Positions 37,401 to 50,977 are shown, counted from the first letter of the whole stretch. The stretch: 63,991 bases of DNA, filler included, from Reticulomyxa filosa (GCA_000512085.1; 14 parts of 14 records of this genome joined end to end with filler, not necessarily neighbours in it); one strand, 5' to 3'. Translations and numbers: made by a program. The notes: generated from the sequence alone by a model not told the origin.

Positions 37401-38736
37401 TCATCGGTGGACAGGTAGCGCAATCGACAAGCTGTGATCTTGACTAAGTGAATGAGAATGCAAATGGAAATGAGAGTGCGAATGAGCAAGCGACGGCGTC
37501 GGAAAAACATAAGAAATAGTCGTAGTGCAAAAAGGGGTAGAGGACGAGGACGAGGGCGAGGACGAGGATGAAGAAGACGAGGACGAAGACGACGTGTTAT
37601 TCGATGGAGATATTTCATAGCAGTATTGCTGCCAAAAGCGAGATAAAATGGACAATGTTGCGTTATTGGGAAGCGAGTAATAATTGTGACTGTCATTGGA
37701 GTGCTGAGTCGCGGCGGTATGGCAATGCCACCGACATTGCAGATTTCGAATTGTTCGCATGTGAGTACGTACCGACGGGACAAGAGCAGTACTACTATAA
37801 TTTGAACTGGAGTTATAACTATGATTGTGATTGTAGTTATGATTATGGTTATGGTTATGGTTATGGTTATGGTTATGATTATGATTATGATCGTGGTTGT
37901 GATTATGACCATGGTTATGACTGTGGTTATAGTCATGATTATGACTATGGTTGTGGCTATGATTATGACTATGGTGATTGTGATTATGATGATTGTGGTC
38001 GTGATTGTGATTGTGAGTATAGATATGCATGTAATTATGATTGTGTCCCGAGTTAGGAGTAGAGGAAGAAGAAGAAGAAGAGGAGGAGGAAGAAGAAGAA
38101 GAAGAAGAAGAAGAAGCAGCAGCAGTAGCAGTAGCAGAATCATTATCATTACGATGTGGCAAGAGAAGTGAAGATATAGGTCGACGACAAAGACGTTGTA
38201 TGAATGCATACACATCCGAATGACTTTGCTCATCATTATCATTCTCATCGTTATTACTATTCCGAACATTCCTATTCACACTATCGTTTCTGCTACTATA
38301 TCTACCATACCGATTCGTATTGGCTGTCCTTCTATCCGTTATTTCAAACTCTTCACTAGAATTATTCTCTGCACCATTGTTATTGACATGCTGATCATTC
38401 TGTCATTCAAAGAGGAAGGGAGGGGAAAAAAATAAAAATAAAAAAAATCTCTAAATCCTCTCTTCCCCCTTTTTTTTTTACGTTTAAAAAAAAAAAGACG
38501 TATAAAACCAAAGACGTATAAAAAACACCAACCAAATATTGTTGATAGCGTTGTTTGTACTCTTTGATATCTTCTTCCGTGTTCAACACGTGGACAATCA
38601 TTTTGTCTGCAAGCGATTGCAAGGCATAGTTGATACTCAGTTGGCCTTTCATAATCGACTGGCCTTCCTTGAGAATGCTCGTTCGACAGACGGGACATTT
38701 GGGAGGAGAAGAAGAAGAAGAAGAAGAAGAAGAAGA
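37401..38736 (-). CDS. RING-finger protein (C-terminal end of the RING), with poly-Ser and His-Asn tracts; 5'-truncated
   Basis: SSSSPPKCPVCR...INYALQSLADK exon, then an intron, then an exon at about 38399-37401. Confidence 0.65.
37816..38046 (-). repeat. Coding hexamer repeat (CAYAAY)n encoding (HN)n
   Basis: The plus strand shows a GGTTAT/GATTAT/GATTGT tandem array. Confidence 0.9.
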
Positions 38737-39013
38737 NNNNNNNNNNNNNNNNNNNNNNNNNNNNNNNNNNNNNNNNNNNNTTAATTAATTAANNNNNNNN
38801 NNNNNNNNNNNNNNNNNNNNNNNNNNNNNNNNNNNNTTTTTTTTTTTTTTTGTGTGTTTTTTTTTTTTTTTTTTTTTTTTGATTTAATATTAGTCTAAGT
38901 TGCATCTATAGAGTACATATAATAAATATATAAATATATAAATATATAAATATATATTTATATATGTATACGTGTTTATGTGTGTAATGTGCATGGATGA
39001 CAATGGAGTTCAG

Positions 39014-39714
39014 CAATTGTCCGTCTTTTGGTAATTCTGCACAGCGAATTGATCACATACGCAGAATTGAAAACGAAAAACATTTTGTTGTTCGACAATG
39101 GTGATGTTCGCTTGTGTGATTTCCAATGGCGAGCAGCCGAGTATCTGCAAAACAACGGCGACAAGCGTACGTTTTGGTTCGCGCCAGAAAAGATTCAAGA
39201 GGGCAATACTCCCACAGGCAATTTTTTCAATCGCATCAGCAGCTACAACGATCTTCGAAGGTTCCAAGTTAAAGACAGCACAAAGTGCAAATCCGACGTG
39301 TGGAGCTTGGGAATCGCAATTTACGAAATGGCCACCGGAAATGAGCCCTTTGCCAATGTTCTCAACAACTTCCATTTAGCCAAAAAAATTTTCGATTCTG
39401 ACCTCATTCAGCTGCCTGAAACTTGTCCCAAAGCTGCTTATGATAATTATGGACATACTCCTTGGTCGGACGATTTTCGGGACTTTGTTTGCAAATGCTT
39501 GGTCAGAGACGTGGATAAACGCTTTAGCGCTGCATATTTGCTAAAACATCCCTGGCTCGCTAATGATTCCGCCACTCCAAAGCAAGAAAAAGGGCTCATC
39601 ATCGACTTGATTCGGAAACATAAAAAATGGTGGCAAATGTATCTCAAAGACAAAAAACTGCAGGAGGACTTTGAGCTACAACAAACCACCAACGCATTTG
39701 TATTTGATGTTTGA
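39014..39714 (+). CDS. STE-group-like protein kinase C-lobe; predicted pseudokinase
   Basis: ITYAELKTKNILL (HRD replaced by YAE), LCDFQ (DFG replaced by DFQ), FWFAPE, SDVWSLGIAIYEMATG..PF, RDFV.KCL.RD..KRFSA..LL.HPW. Confidence 0.88.
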
Positions 39715-40504
39715 TCCTCTGTTATCTCATTTCGCCTTGCTTTTTGGCTTTCTTATTTTTATCACTGTTTATTTTTTATTTTTTTTTTTGTGTGTGTGTG
39801 TGCAATTTGTCACTTTCCGCTATTCACTTATGAACTATGTTTGAACTATTTAGTCCTTGGCACGTTCTCTCCATTTCTAGTTTTATTTGTCTTAGCACAA
39901 TCTCTTTTTTCTTTTGCATAAACAATAAAATGTTTTTAGTTCCACAGTCTGTTAAAATCATCAAAACTAGCGGAAAAAAAAAGGGTTCAAAAATAAATAT
40001 ACATGTTGAATAACTTGATTTCATTATGGACAAAAGCATCTCCAGTGGTAACAAATAATCACATTGAGAAAAAAAGAGTGCCAGATCAAGTCAGTGAAAG
40101 AAGTTTAAAGTAGTTCACATCACTGACTTCTGTGGCAAACACATGGAAATAAAGCAATATCGGCTAATTTAATATTGCCTTACACTGGAAAGGATAGCAT
40201 TCGAATGCTATGCACATTCATTATTGGCAACAAATGTGACAAACGCTACGTTTGTGTTAAAAGTGGTATCTGAACTTGTTCGTGTGTCTGTTGCCAAGAA
40301 AATAAGATTGTTTTATGTTGGGACCTGCTAAATATTTGATATGTTGATAGTGCAATTGGCTCATTGACGGAATTAGAAGTTTTGTACATGCAATTAAACT
40401 TATTTTCAACTTTTTGTTATTAAAAAAAAAAAAATTGTATAAATAGTTTTGATAAAAAAATTCAATGATCCAAGAATAGTAGAGTCGATCAAAGCCTTGT
40501 CGCA

Positions 40505-41723
40505 AGGTAAGTTCAAAGCATTGAGAGGTGGAGAAGGAAGTGAACAGAGCGAGATGCTTCGAGAGGTCATGATCAACTACCAAGACATCATTCATGGCTA
40601 CATATCAATCGCATGATTGGCAAAGAGTCAAAACTCCATGCGAGAAAACTTGCAAAAGCGCACGCAGTGATTGGCCGAAATCGTAGAACAATGCTTTGAC
40701 TCAAAATCCTCAATATGCTCCCCCTCCCCTTTGATTGACTCTTCCTACGTCAATATCAAACCCATTGTACGAAACTCGCACGACTTGGGGATTGTCACGT
40801 GGGACAACCCGTTCGATGCCTCTTTCCTTATCAGCATCATTGTCATCAATTGATCCATTCAGGCTGAGTGTATTGCACTTGAACGATACTCATCTCATCA
40901 ACTCAAGATCAAAAAAGTCCAAGATGGAAATAACAATAATAATAATAGTAAACAAGAGAATAGTGTTGAACAATCCTCCAAAGATTGGAAGACCTTGGGC
41001 AGAATTGAAAGTCGACAGAAACATGGATGGCAGGACTCCACTTTGGAAAGCATCGACTATATCAAACGAAGACGATGATATATTCGAGTTCAGTTTTTGG
41101 ACAGCCATGGATGTGCTCAAGGACAATACTTACGAATATGTTGTCGAAGAAATTGTCTTTGAGTGGCTTTGTTTTGTATTTCGATGGAATAATAAACATG
41201 AAACAGAAAATACTACAATATATTCCGAAGAGCGATTATGAGACACGCCATCAAATAAAAAAGAGGAATGGCCCACTACAATGCATTTAATATTTGATAG
41301 TTGTTTTTTTCCCTTTCGCTTATTCATATATACATATGTATCCAAAGCAATCGTCCCCCTTTTTCTACGCACGCAGCCCATGTGGTTATCACATTGCAAA
41401 TGATATACGTACTTTTTAGTGTATGTCAAGGTCAAGTTGCGAAAATATTGTAAGTATATACGTGTGTGCGTGTGTTTTTTTTTTCCCCCATTCGTTTGAG
41501 ACCAATTTCTTTAAAGACAAAAAAAAAAGTGAGTGTGAACCATTGGTTTGATTTGAACGAAAACAGCAAGCGTTTGAACACTTTACTGCGCAAAGGTAAT
41601 GATCAATGTGTACGTACGCATGGTTTGACTCACGCATATCGAATTCTGGAGACTGGAGAAGAAAACAAAATTGTAACTTATCAATATTCGATTCGAAGCT
41701 ATAGTTGCAATATCAAAAAGTAA
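40505..41723 (+). pseudogene. Decayed coding sequence of unknown family
   Basis: GC-richer exon-like blocks with in-frame stops and frame switches, separated by intron-like AT tracts. Confidence 0.35.
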
Positions 41724-41879
41724 GCTGGAATGAATCATTTATCTGGAGCGAAGAAAATGCAGAAGCTGGTGAAAGAGATTTATTTTTTAATATTATTAAT
41801 TTCAATTAAAAATTAAATTATTAAATACAACAAATTCAACAAGAAGTAGTGGGGGAGGGGAGGGGAAGGGGGAAAAAAA

Positions 41880-43330
41880 CCACATCTGGAATGACCATAT
41901 CCGTAATCTTGAACACGTCCAAATGGAATATCAACTATTTTCAAGCAAACGAAAGTTGCAATGTGTGATCGTATGTGATGAAATGAAAATGTCATGACAA
42001 ACAAAAAAATGAAAAATGGCAAAGATATAAACAAAACAAAACTTAGGCAAGCGAGATATCGCGCTTTGACGGCCTTTATGTTTGGTGTTGTCGTTATTGT
42101 TGGCCACTTTGTAGTATTGCAAGCAGTCCCACAATAAAAGTGGCTGCTCGTGTATTGTAGACCACAATGGGGGGGGGATGCAACGCATCCCCCCAAGCGC
42201 GCAAATACCTATTGACACAAGCCACATGGCTGGCAATAGATAAAGCGCATATATCGGAGTCATCGTCTTTCATTTGTCCACATAAGTGGATCATTTTTCT
42301 TGCAGGACTGGTGGCAAGCGACTCCGGTGATGCACGCGGCATCAAATCACTGGTCTACTGGCGTGCCGGACAACACATGGATAATTGAGGAGCCATTCGC
42401 ATGAGACAGGAAACAGGAATGATATAATTCGACCACAATAGCCATTGAATCGCTCCAATAGATAATACCAACATCCAATAAATCCAAATAAAATAAAAAA
42501 ATAAATGGAGGGAAAAATAAAAAGGTGATGGAAGACTCACACAATACCTAACAAGCAAGAGCAAATGATGATCCCCTCCTCTTTGTTAACAAACGCACTA
42601 AAAAAGATTGGAAGTGCAAAAAGTGAAGCAAAGTAAATTGAAAATGAACAAACGCGAAAAAAAAAAGTTGCAATGAGGAAAAAAGGAGCAACAGGAGCAA
42701 AAGGTACAAAGGTGGAAAACACGAGCAAGTGGGGAGGGGGGAAGGTGTGAAAAAAAAAAAAATAAATAATCCAAATTATTCAAATGCCAAATAATAGATA
42801 CCACGAAATCTCGATTAATAACGCCATGCCAATCTATTCACAAAAAAAAAAAAGACAAGTATTTAGTAAAGATGGAATACAAATATTAATTAAATAAAAA
42901 TAACTCCAATATGCGGATTAATGTCGTGTGACGGCCGTCGTCAGCTCAAAGAATGTAGGCGCCTTTGTCGTCGTAGTGTCTCCTTCAACCCTATGTTAAC
43001 ACGGTCACACTGCCGGTAACATCAAGGAGGGAGACGGCATCTCATGTCCATCCACAGACGGACATTGCCACATCAGTCCTGCAAGTATAATGGTATTGTC
43101 GGTGATACATCTAATGCAAACCTTTACTGTGGCCTTGGTTTGCCTGCAAAGCACCGACGCGCCTTTTGCACGCATTTGTTGCGGTAATGCATCGCAACCG
43201 AAGTAAGCACTGTAGTGCACTAATGGCTGACCTGGCTCCATTCATATGTTAATACAGGAATCAGGAATACATGAATACAGGAATACACATCCACGAACCA
43301 CTGCAATATCCATCCACAGCTAAAATAATA
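41880..43330 (-). pseudogene. Decayed gene for a probable multi-pass membrane protein
   Basis: Hydrophobic fragments (VFSTFVPFAPVAPFFLIA, WMLVLSIGAIQWLLW, YALYLLPAMWLVSIG) in shifting frames with stops. Confidence 0.35.
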
Positions 43331-44250
43331 CAGGAACATACAATCAAAATGCGCCGGAACTCGAAATCACACTGTCAGCAGCGAATCCATCTTTGACACT
43401 TTTTTTTGGTGATTTTTCTTAACTCCAAACTTTCAGTCCTTCAATAAACAAGAAAAAAAGTAGAACTTTGTTTATTTAACTCTTTCGAAACGAAATTGAT
43501 GAGGGACTAACAATATTCTCACTACTGGCGCTGCGCTGGACACGAACTTGTTGAAACTGTAGAAAAAGGGAAGAAAAAGTTCTCACTAACAGTACACTTA
43601 AATTTTTTTATTGAGAAAAAAACAAATTTTTACTGCCATTTAAAATGTACAAACGAATCCGCATTCGCTGTCGTACTTTTTTGAAAAAATTGTTAAGTGC
43701 ATGATCCAAAAAAAAAGTAAGAGGAAAAAAGTTTAAAGTACAATTCTAATGTCAGCACCGTTGCGAAGAGTAAAAAGCAAAGATATTAAGATAATTACTT
43801 TGTTCCTGGCACATGATTTGACAATTCGTGTATGTGATTCAGAAAAGTTTTAATAAATTGCGGTATTCACGAAAAATAATGTTATGTTGTTATACGTGAA
43901 ACTTTCGCCACATCATTATAATAATTGTGTTTATGCCATTTATTATTCAATATTTGATAAAACAATTTATTTTAGTAGCATCAAAATAAAAACACGTTTC
44001 AAAAATTTAAATAACGACATTGTGCTGTTACTTCCTTTGACTTTCAGTGCTAAAATTCAAAATGAACAAACTTTTCAAAAAATAAACCAAATTATTATAG
44101 AACATAATAACCAATTATAATCCACATATATTGTAGAACAATTTTGTAAAATATATGAAACTTGTCGTATAAGCAGTTGCAAAGATTTTCTTTTTTTTTT
44201 TGAAAAAGAAATAAACGGTCTTGAACACTTGAATATCTTTTTTTCAAGAT

Positions 44251-45780
44251 ATGACGCAAGTTTCCAAAGCAGTGACTACAAATGAAATCCACAAGATACT
44301 GCGTAAAGACAAATATTCAATATTAAACCGTCTTCGTTCTGTCTATGACGACTGCAACTTCCTGGAAAGTGTAATAAAGAGCAACAAGACATTGTCCGAG
44401 TTTCCAGTGTACGGAAACTTGCGTTGCGGTGTTTGGTATATCGGGCCGTCGTTGTTTGATCAAACGAAGCAAGGACCAGAGACATGTTATTTCAAGAGTA
44501 CAGATGGACACAGGAACGAATGGCAGTTCAATTTGCGACGATTGAATGCGCACATACTAACACGTATACACGAGCGCAAAGAAAAAGGTGTGATAATAAT
44601 TGACTCGACAAGAGAAGGTAAAAGTTTTCCTGACAGCATGTCGAGAACAATCCCAATATGGTGTCACGTGCTTAATCAATTTTTCAGAATTTGCCATGAA
44701 ATGAACGAGAGCACTCCAAACGAAACGTATGAAAGCGTGCTAACAAAAGACAAAATCGAGGTGAAACTGAAAGAAAATGACTCTGAACAAAAAGTGTCCG
44801 AAATGCCGTCTTGGATAAGTGAGTCGGAGAAATCACAAATATTTAAGGAGAAAATGGTTTCTTTTGTGTGGAGTTTGTTTGAGAGCCATTACAAGCAACT
44901 GCGTCCCATGAGTAGCTACTTTGTGGCAAAGCCTTTGAAATGTTGCTACGTAGATCGATTTATTGCGGCTAATAACAAACAAATGGATTGGATTAATCCA
45001 GATCAAACGACTATTGTATTAATTACAGCCTCCATTCCAATGCATTTATTATCATCTCCTGAAAACAGTAAGATATGCAAGTTGAATTCAAGCTACTCTT
45101 ATATTCAAGGAGCTGGTGATGATGAAGAGAGTTGGGCACTGGGATTGACACCACATTTGTTTTGGTCCAACTATCAATCTTTTTTTTCGGACTGTCATTA
45201 TGAAAATGACTTTGAAGAAAAAATTAAATCGCTATTGTTAGCTTCTTCTTCTTCTTGCGATGATAGTCAATCCAATTCTGATTGCAAACAACAGCAACAG
45301 CTCTCGTTGACTCACTCCAAAATTTATATACCTGATACCAACCGCAACTTGTACTTGAGTCAATGTCCTTGCGCAATGAACGTCCGCCCCACATATGCAA
45401 GTCCAAGTGACGTGGTCATCCTTTGCACAGACGATCCCACGTTCACGAATACCTTTGATCATCAAAATCAGCTCATTTGCTTGTTTGTTTCTGAAAATAA
45501 AAAATATAAGTTGTCCTTACTTCAAGGATTAAAGTTTTTGATGGACTCCAAAGTTTTTGATCAAGGGGCTACCATTGGGATTTTTGGAATGGATTATAGT
45601 TGCATTGGTTGCTTGGCCATTGCAGCCAAATTGTTCATGTCTGATCCGACACGCCAATTCCAAAAGAAAGATATTCAAAAACTTGTTCAGCACTTTCAAT
45701 GGGTTTTGCCACAATTCAATCCAAAGCGATTGTTGCTCAAACAAATCAATTCCTTTTTTTTATCTGGTGACGCTTCGTAA
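44251..45780 (+). CDS. RIT1: Initiator tRNA A64 2'-O-ribosylphosphate transferase, intronless
   Basis: NRLRSV..D, NLRCGVWY, CYFKSTDGH..EWQF.LRRLN, IIDSTR.GKSFPDSMSRTIPIWC.VLN, YIQGAGDDEESWALGLTP. Confidence 0.95.
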   Translation: MTQVSKAVTTNEIHKILRKDKYSILNRLRSVYDDCNFLESVIKSNKTLSEFPVYGNLRCGVWYIGPSLFDQTKQGPETCYFKSTDGHRNEWQFNLRRLNAHILTRIHERKEKGVIIIDSTREGKSFPDSMSRTIPIWCHVLNQFFRICHEMNESTPNETYESVLTKDKIEVKLKENDSEQKVSEMPSWISESEKSQIFKEKMVSFVWSLFESHYKQLRPMSSYFVAKPLKCCYVDRFIAANNKQMDWINPDQTTIVLITASIPMHLLSSPENSKICKLNSSYSYIQGAGDDEESWALGLTPHLFWSNYQSFFSDCHYENDFEEKIKSLLLASSSSCDDSQSNSDCKQQQQLSLTHSKIYIPDTNRNLYLSQCPCAMNVRPTYASPSDVVILCTDDPTFTNTFDHQNQLICLFVSENKKYKLSLLQGLKFLMDSKVFDQGATIGIFGMDYSCIGCLAIAAKLFMSDPTRQFQKKDIQKLVQHFQWVLPQFNPKRLLLKQINSFFLSGDAS

Positions 45781-46731
45781 TACAGTTGTTAACGTTACAA
45801 AACATATTTCAACATTTAATGTTATAACAAGTGAATTAACACGGCAAAACTGTTACAACAAATGAATCATACCAACTTTCATTTATTCACTTTTTAATGG
45901 TGAATGTGAAAAAGCCATTTTTAACATAAATTTCGTTAAGCTAACAACGTTTCAGTCGTAAACGCTGTAAATTTTATTCTTTTAAAAAAAAGAAAAATCA
46001 TAAAAAGTGTGTTGCATGTGCTGTAACTGGGACATATAAATACATATAAAAATCGATATTATATCATGAAAATATTATCAATTGTTGCCTAGATCAAGGG
46101 CATATCATTGACATATATATTTTTTTTTTTCATATTGGTCTAATGGATTGTCCATAGAAAAAGTTATGCATTTATACCCTTTTCATTTTACATGAACCGC
46201 ACTTCTTTTTTTAAATTTTGTTTAATCAAAACATTTGCTATTATTGAGCAATGAAGCTACGTTGTACAAATACATGAATAATGTAATATTATTATTTTGA
46301 GTAGTTTTCATATGATTAACTCGATTAATGATTATCTATTAACATTTGGAAGGCTGAGGTAAATAAAATGTGGAACGTACTATCGTTTAATTAATTTACC
46401 AATGCTTGTCATCATCATCTCATACAAAATTTCAAAATAAAATATGAAGGCATTACTTTCCCTGTATTTTTTACAAATTGATCAAATTGGAAAGCATAGG
46501 ATACTACAACATCTAAAAAATGTTGAGTTTGCATTTTTACTTTTTTTTTTTAATCTCAACAACCAATATCAAAAACAAAAATTCGACAAAAGTAAATTGA
46601 GAAAGAAATTGAAAAAACAAAACATTGTTGGTGATAATGAACAAAATCAAACAATGAGGTGTAATATGTCCAAAAAAAAGTTTTATTTTCAATTTGAGAA
46701 ATTTATATATTTTTTAGTTTGAATGTTTTTT

Positions 46732-47701
46732 TTATTTGGCAGTTGTGATTGTTTTTGTGGAATTTTTTTCAACTGCAAGTAATTGTTGAAGTCGATCTTT
46801 TATAGAGCCAAAAACAAGTTGAAGCTCCTCCCTCTCAATGGCCATGGTTTCCAAGAGAGTCACCATTTTTTCTCTCTTCATTTGTGCTTCACATCGATAA
46901 TATTTGATTTGTTTCACAATAACTAATAAATCTTTTTTCGTTTTCTCTAATAAATCTTTTTTCATTTTCTCAATTTTAGTACAATGTAATAATCGTTGTT
47001 CCTCTTGTCCTTGCTCTTGTCCTTGTTGTCTCGTTTGAGATTTTTCATTTCTTAATTTTTCTTGTAAACGCTTAACCAACAATCGAAGTTTTTCCTCTTT
47101 TTTTTTCAATGTTTGAGCTGTTTCTTCGTGCCTTGTCTCCGTATTTTTTATTGATAATTCATATACATGTTCTGCACGTTTGTATATTGAAAAATTATCA
47201 GGTATTCTTGCACATTATCCAAGACTTAAAAAAAAAATAATTTTTGTCACCTGAAAAATGAAATAAATAATCATGGCAAAGCAATCGCATTGCATAATGA
47301 CAACTATCTGTTTCTAATATAAATCTCGCAGCATTTAAAATTGATGTGTACAATTCGTTGAAAGTATTAATTTCATCCCATTGCGAAGATGATGTGATTT
47401 GCTTAATACTTGTTTGTTGAGTGAATAATAACCCATACATACGCGCAAAAACACATAACTGATAAGGGTTAACTTCGAGCAAATTCTTCAATCTTTGTTC
47501 CAGTTCGTCGTTTTTTGACAGAATTTGAATCTCTTTCTCTTCTCGTCCACATTCTTTGAGTAACCAATAACGGTTTTCTTTGTCAAAAAGAAAGTTACGA
47601 TGGTAACTACTCAACAAAATAGAAATGCAAGTCTTTTCATATAAAGTTAGATATTCGCTTATACAACGCCAATATGTAGTATTTTGTAACAAATTTTCCA
47701 T
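46732..47701 (-). CDS. Unknown protein (F-box-like N-terminus, coiled-coil C-terminus); candidate 26-nt intron at 47225-47250 and a probable indel
   Basis: MENLLQNTTYWRCISEYL..., continuing as KRAEHVYEL...KKKEEKLRLLVKRLQEKL. Confidence 0.55.
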
Positions 47702-48348
47702 ACTTAAGAAAGATTTTTTTTTAAAAAAATTCTTTTTACAAAAATACTGAAAAGCCAAGTTGTAGTTCAACTGTGATGTGCCCCGGATCAACACGTAGTA
47801 CAATTCGTTTTCGGTCAAACAAGAATAAATTGTATGCGATCAAGTGAAGTGACAAACAACAGTAATATTATGCCTTAAATTTCTATATTTAAAAAAGAGC
47901 AAAAGGAATAATGATTGCTGCATATAATTAATTTGACTATTGCACACAATGGTCCAATTTATATTTGATGATCTAATTTTCTAATCAACTAATAAAAAAA
48001 TTGTTTAAGTGGTTTATTTTTTAAACAGTTAAGATGTCATTTCTAATTATCAAAAGGTTATTCAAAAAGATTACTTTGATTAAAAGCAGAACATAAACAA
48101 ACATCACTTTTAAAAAATCGTTACAAACTTAATCCACAATTGTACAAAAAAACATAATTTTTTCCATTATCATCTTTCACTTGCTAATGGAAAATAACTG
48201 CAATATTTAATACAGTAAGATAAAAAAGAAAGTTGACACCTAAAATGCNNNNNNNNNNNNNNNNNNNNNNNNNNNNNNNNNNNNNNNNNNNNTTAATTAA
48301 TTAANNNNNNNNNNNNNNNNNNNNNNNNNNNNNNNNNNNNNNNNNNNN

Positions 48349-49730
48349 ATATGGGCGACTACGTACGTTTTTTTTTTTTTTTTTAAAAAAAAGACGCAGT
48401 TGTAAAAGAGCTAACGCCGAGTCATTCAAAGTACAAAGTCGCAATATACAACTATTGGAGTACGCAGTTTGAGCAATCGAAGGCGAACAAAGACAAGCCC
48501 GTGTACCAGCCTCTGTTTTGGCGCTTCGACGTTGGCTCGTACATCACAGCACCGCAAATGCTTCTCACGTGGAGTGCCGTCGCCGACCGCGACGCCAACA
48601 CGGAAGGGGCCGTCCGCAAGCTGCTGCTCATGAGCGAAGAAAAGCGCAAAAAAATCGAACAGCTCCTTCGAAAGCGAAAAGCGCAAAAGAGCAAAGCACT
48701 TCAAAAACAAAGTGTCAAAATTGATTTAGCTTTTAAATTTGCCAAGTTTTTTTTTTTTTTTTTTAAAAAAAAAAAGGGATTTTTACATTCATTTATATAA
48801 ACATATACATATATGTACGTCAAAATAAGTTCAAATCAATTTTTTTTTTTTTTTTGGTAATAAAAAAAAAGTGAGCGAAAATATATATTAAATGCGATAT
48901 ATTCGTTGGTGACGGGACATGGTGAACGGGGTGCATTACGCAATAGTATTAGCGCAGTTAGTGAGAAATGGAAACGGATAGAAGGAAGGGGAAATAAAAC
49001 AACGAGTGACAGAGGTGTGCCAATGGAAATGTTTACAAGATATTTCAGCGAATGGCAAGGGGACAACCAAAAACAAGGAGGGTATTTAAATGGCAAGGAG
49101 TACAAGTCGACATTGTTAAATAGCGTGTTCACCATCTCCCCTTCCGGGAACAATCCGGAAACGTTTCGTCTGTGGGAGGCCATGGGCCATGGGTCCATTC
49201 CCATCTTTGCAATGGACTCGAATTACTTTCAAAACAAACAGTGTCTGGACGCGTTTCGTCCCATATTCGCGTTCAGTCAATGGTATCATTCCTCGACCGA
49301 CCATAGCAGCCGCGACGACACAGTTGAGGCCTCTTTCGTTGACTATGACACGGTTTATTTTGATCAGCAATTCTTCGAGCCGAAAGACGCCACATTACAA
49401 GTCCAAAGTGTTCGTCTATTAATTGGAAAGTTCCAAAATCTAATTCGAACCAAAGCGACTTGGAGAGAAAAGAGAAGTGTTCAGGAAGAGATGATGGACC
49501 AGATTGAATTATTACTCGACTCCGATCACGTTATTTACCCCTTTATTATTCTTCGAAATTGGAATGAGTTGGACACTTTCTTAGATCAAGCACTTACTAT
49601 TCGTTGGGAGTGGTTTCAACTCCAAACCATCCTTTGGTGGCATCGCTTTGTTCAATTCAAGTTTGATCAAATGCTTCACAAGCTTTTTGACAGTGCTCCA
49701 TTTTGTCGCTTCCAATTGTCTCCTCATTGA
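48349..49730 (+). CDS. Exostosin/GT47-like (RXYLT1-like) glycosyltransferase, 5'-truncated
   Basis: EYKSTLLNSVFTISPSGNNPETFRLWEAMGHGSIPI. Confidence 0.8.
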
Positions 49731-50127
49731 TTGTTGTTTTTGTCATCACGTTTTTGTTGCTTTCTTTTTTTTTTTTTTGTATTTGTCATTTCTAATTTAG
49801 TTTTACCTTGATCAATTATTTCTTTTTTTTTTTTTTTTGTTCTTTTCCCTTGTTTTCTTTGGGCTTGGGAATATGAAAAAGCAGTTTTTTGGTCCGATTT
49901 ATATGATTATAAGCATAGAGACTTTTTTTTTTTTTTTTACCAAATGAACTTTGACATAGAAAATATATATATACAATTTAAGTGAACCAATGCCAACTCT
50001 TTATTTTGTAAACACGATGTAAACAAAAAAAATGAGAGGGGAGAAAAGTGAACAATCCCCAAATCAAAGTCGATATATACATACGTATGTTATATATTCA
50101 ACTTTACAAGATATGTGATGCGAGACT

Positions 50128-50432
50128 TTAGTTAGACGTGGTAGATGACTCTCTCGTGAGAACAGTAAGAATACCCAAATGGTCAGAAGGCAAAAAGTAC
50201 CTTCCAAGCTTTTCAAACGCACTAACTTTCCAAGTGTCCTTTCCACTTTGCATCTTTGCCAAAATTTTGTCATACCTGTCCCCAGAGCAGGTGGAGCCTG
50301 TAAGGACGTCCAAGTGATTGGTTCTGGCAAACTCTAGCCAGCAATCAATAAAGTCCTTTGGGATGTACTTATTCTCTGCATCTTTGTCTCCATAGTTGAA
50401 GTCACCCATTAACAAACAGCTACTTTCTCCTT
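50128..50432 (-). CDS. Endonuclease/exonuclease/phosphatase (TDP2-like), C-terminal exon
   Basis: LMGDFN, FIDCW, RYDKIL, PSDHLGI. Confidence 0.8.
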
Positions 50433-50582
50433 GCTTTTTTTGTTTGTTTGTTTGNNNNNNNNNNNNNNNNNNNNNNNNNNNNNNNNNNNNNNNNNNNNTT
50501 AATTAATTAANNNNNNNNNNNNNNNNNNNNNNNNNNNNNNNNNNNNNNNNNNNNATATATATATATTCATTGCTTGCTCTAG

Positions 50583-50940
50583 GAGAAGAGATACATCCAC
50601 GAGAAACGGCAGCGGCGATAAAAAACAAAATCACCGCATTGGAAGATACTAAAAAAATTGAAGCAGAGGCGCTAGGGAACGAAAAGGAAATCAATGAGGA
50701 ATTTGCAAAGATCCAACCACAATATGATGAGTATTCGCTGCAAAAGAAAAAGTGCATGGCCAATATTACCTTGTTCAAACAGATGTTGGACGAACGCAAA
50801 AAACACTTTCTGGATATGAAAAACTATGTTCAGAAAGATGTCAATCGTCAATTTGGCGTGATTATGCAGAGACAAGGACACAAAGGTTAACAACAATAAC
50901 AATTCAGTATTCAGTCATTCCATTCATTCACACAATCACA

Positions 50941-50977
<37 letters not shown>

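Noticed and set aside
37568-38171. ORFs encoding YG/YD repeats or MV/MI repeats, and the Ile/Thr-rich 37355-38269 ORF
   Set aside because: Antisense or alternate-frame shadows of the stop-free (CAYAAY)n repeat
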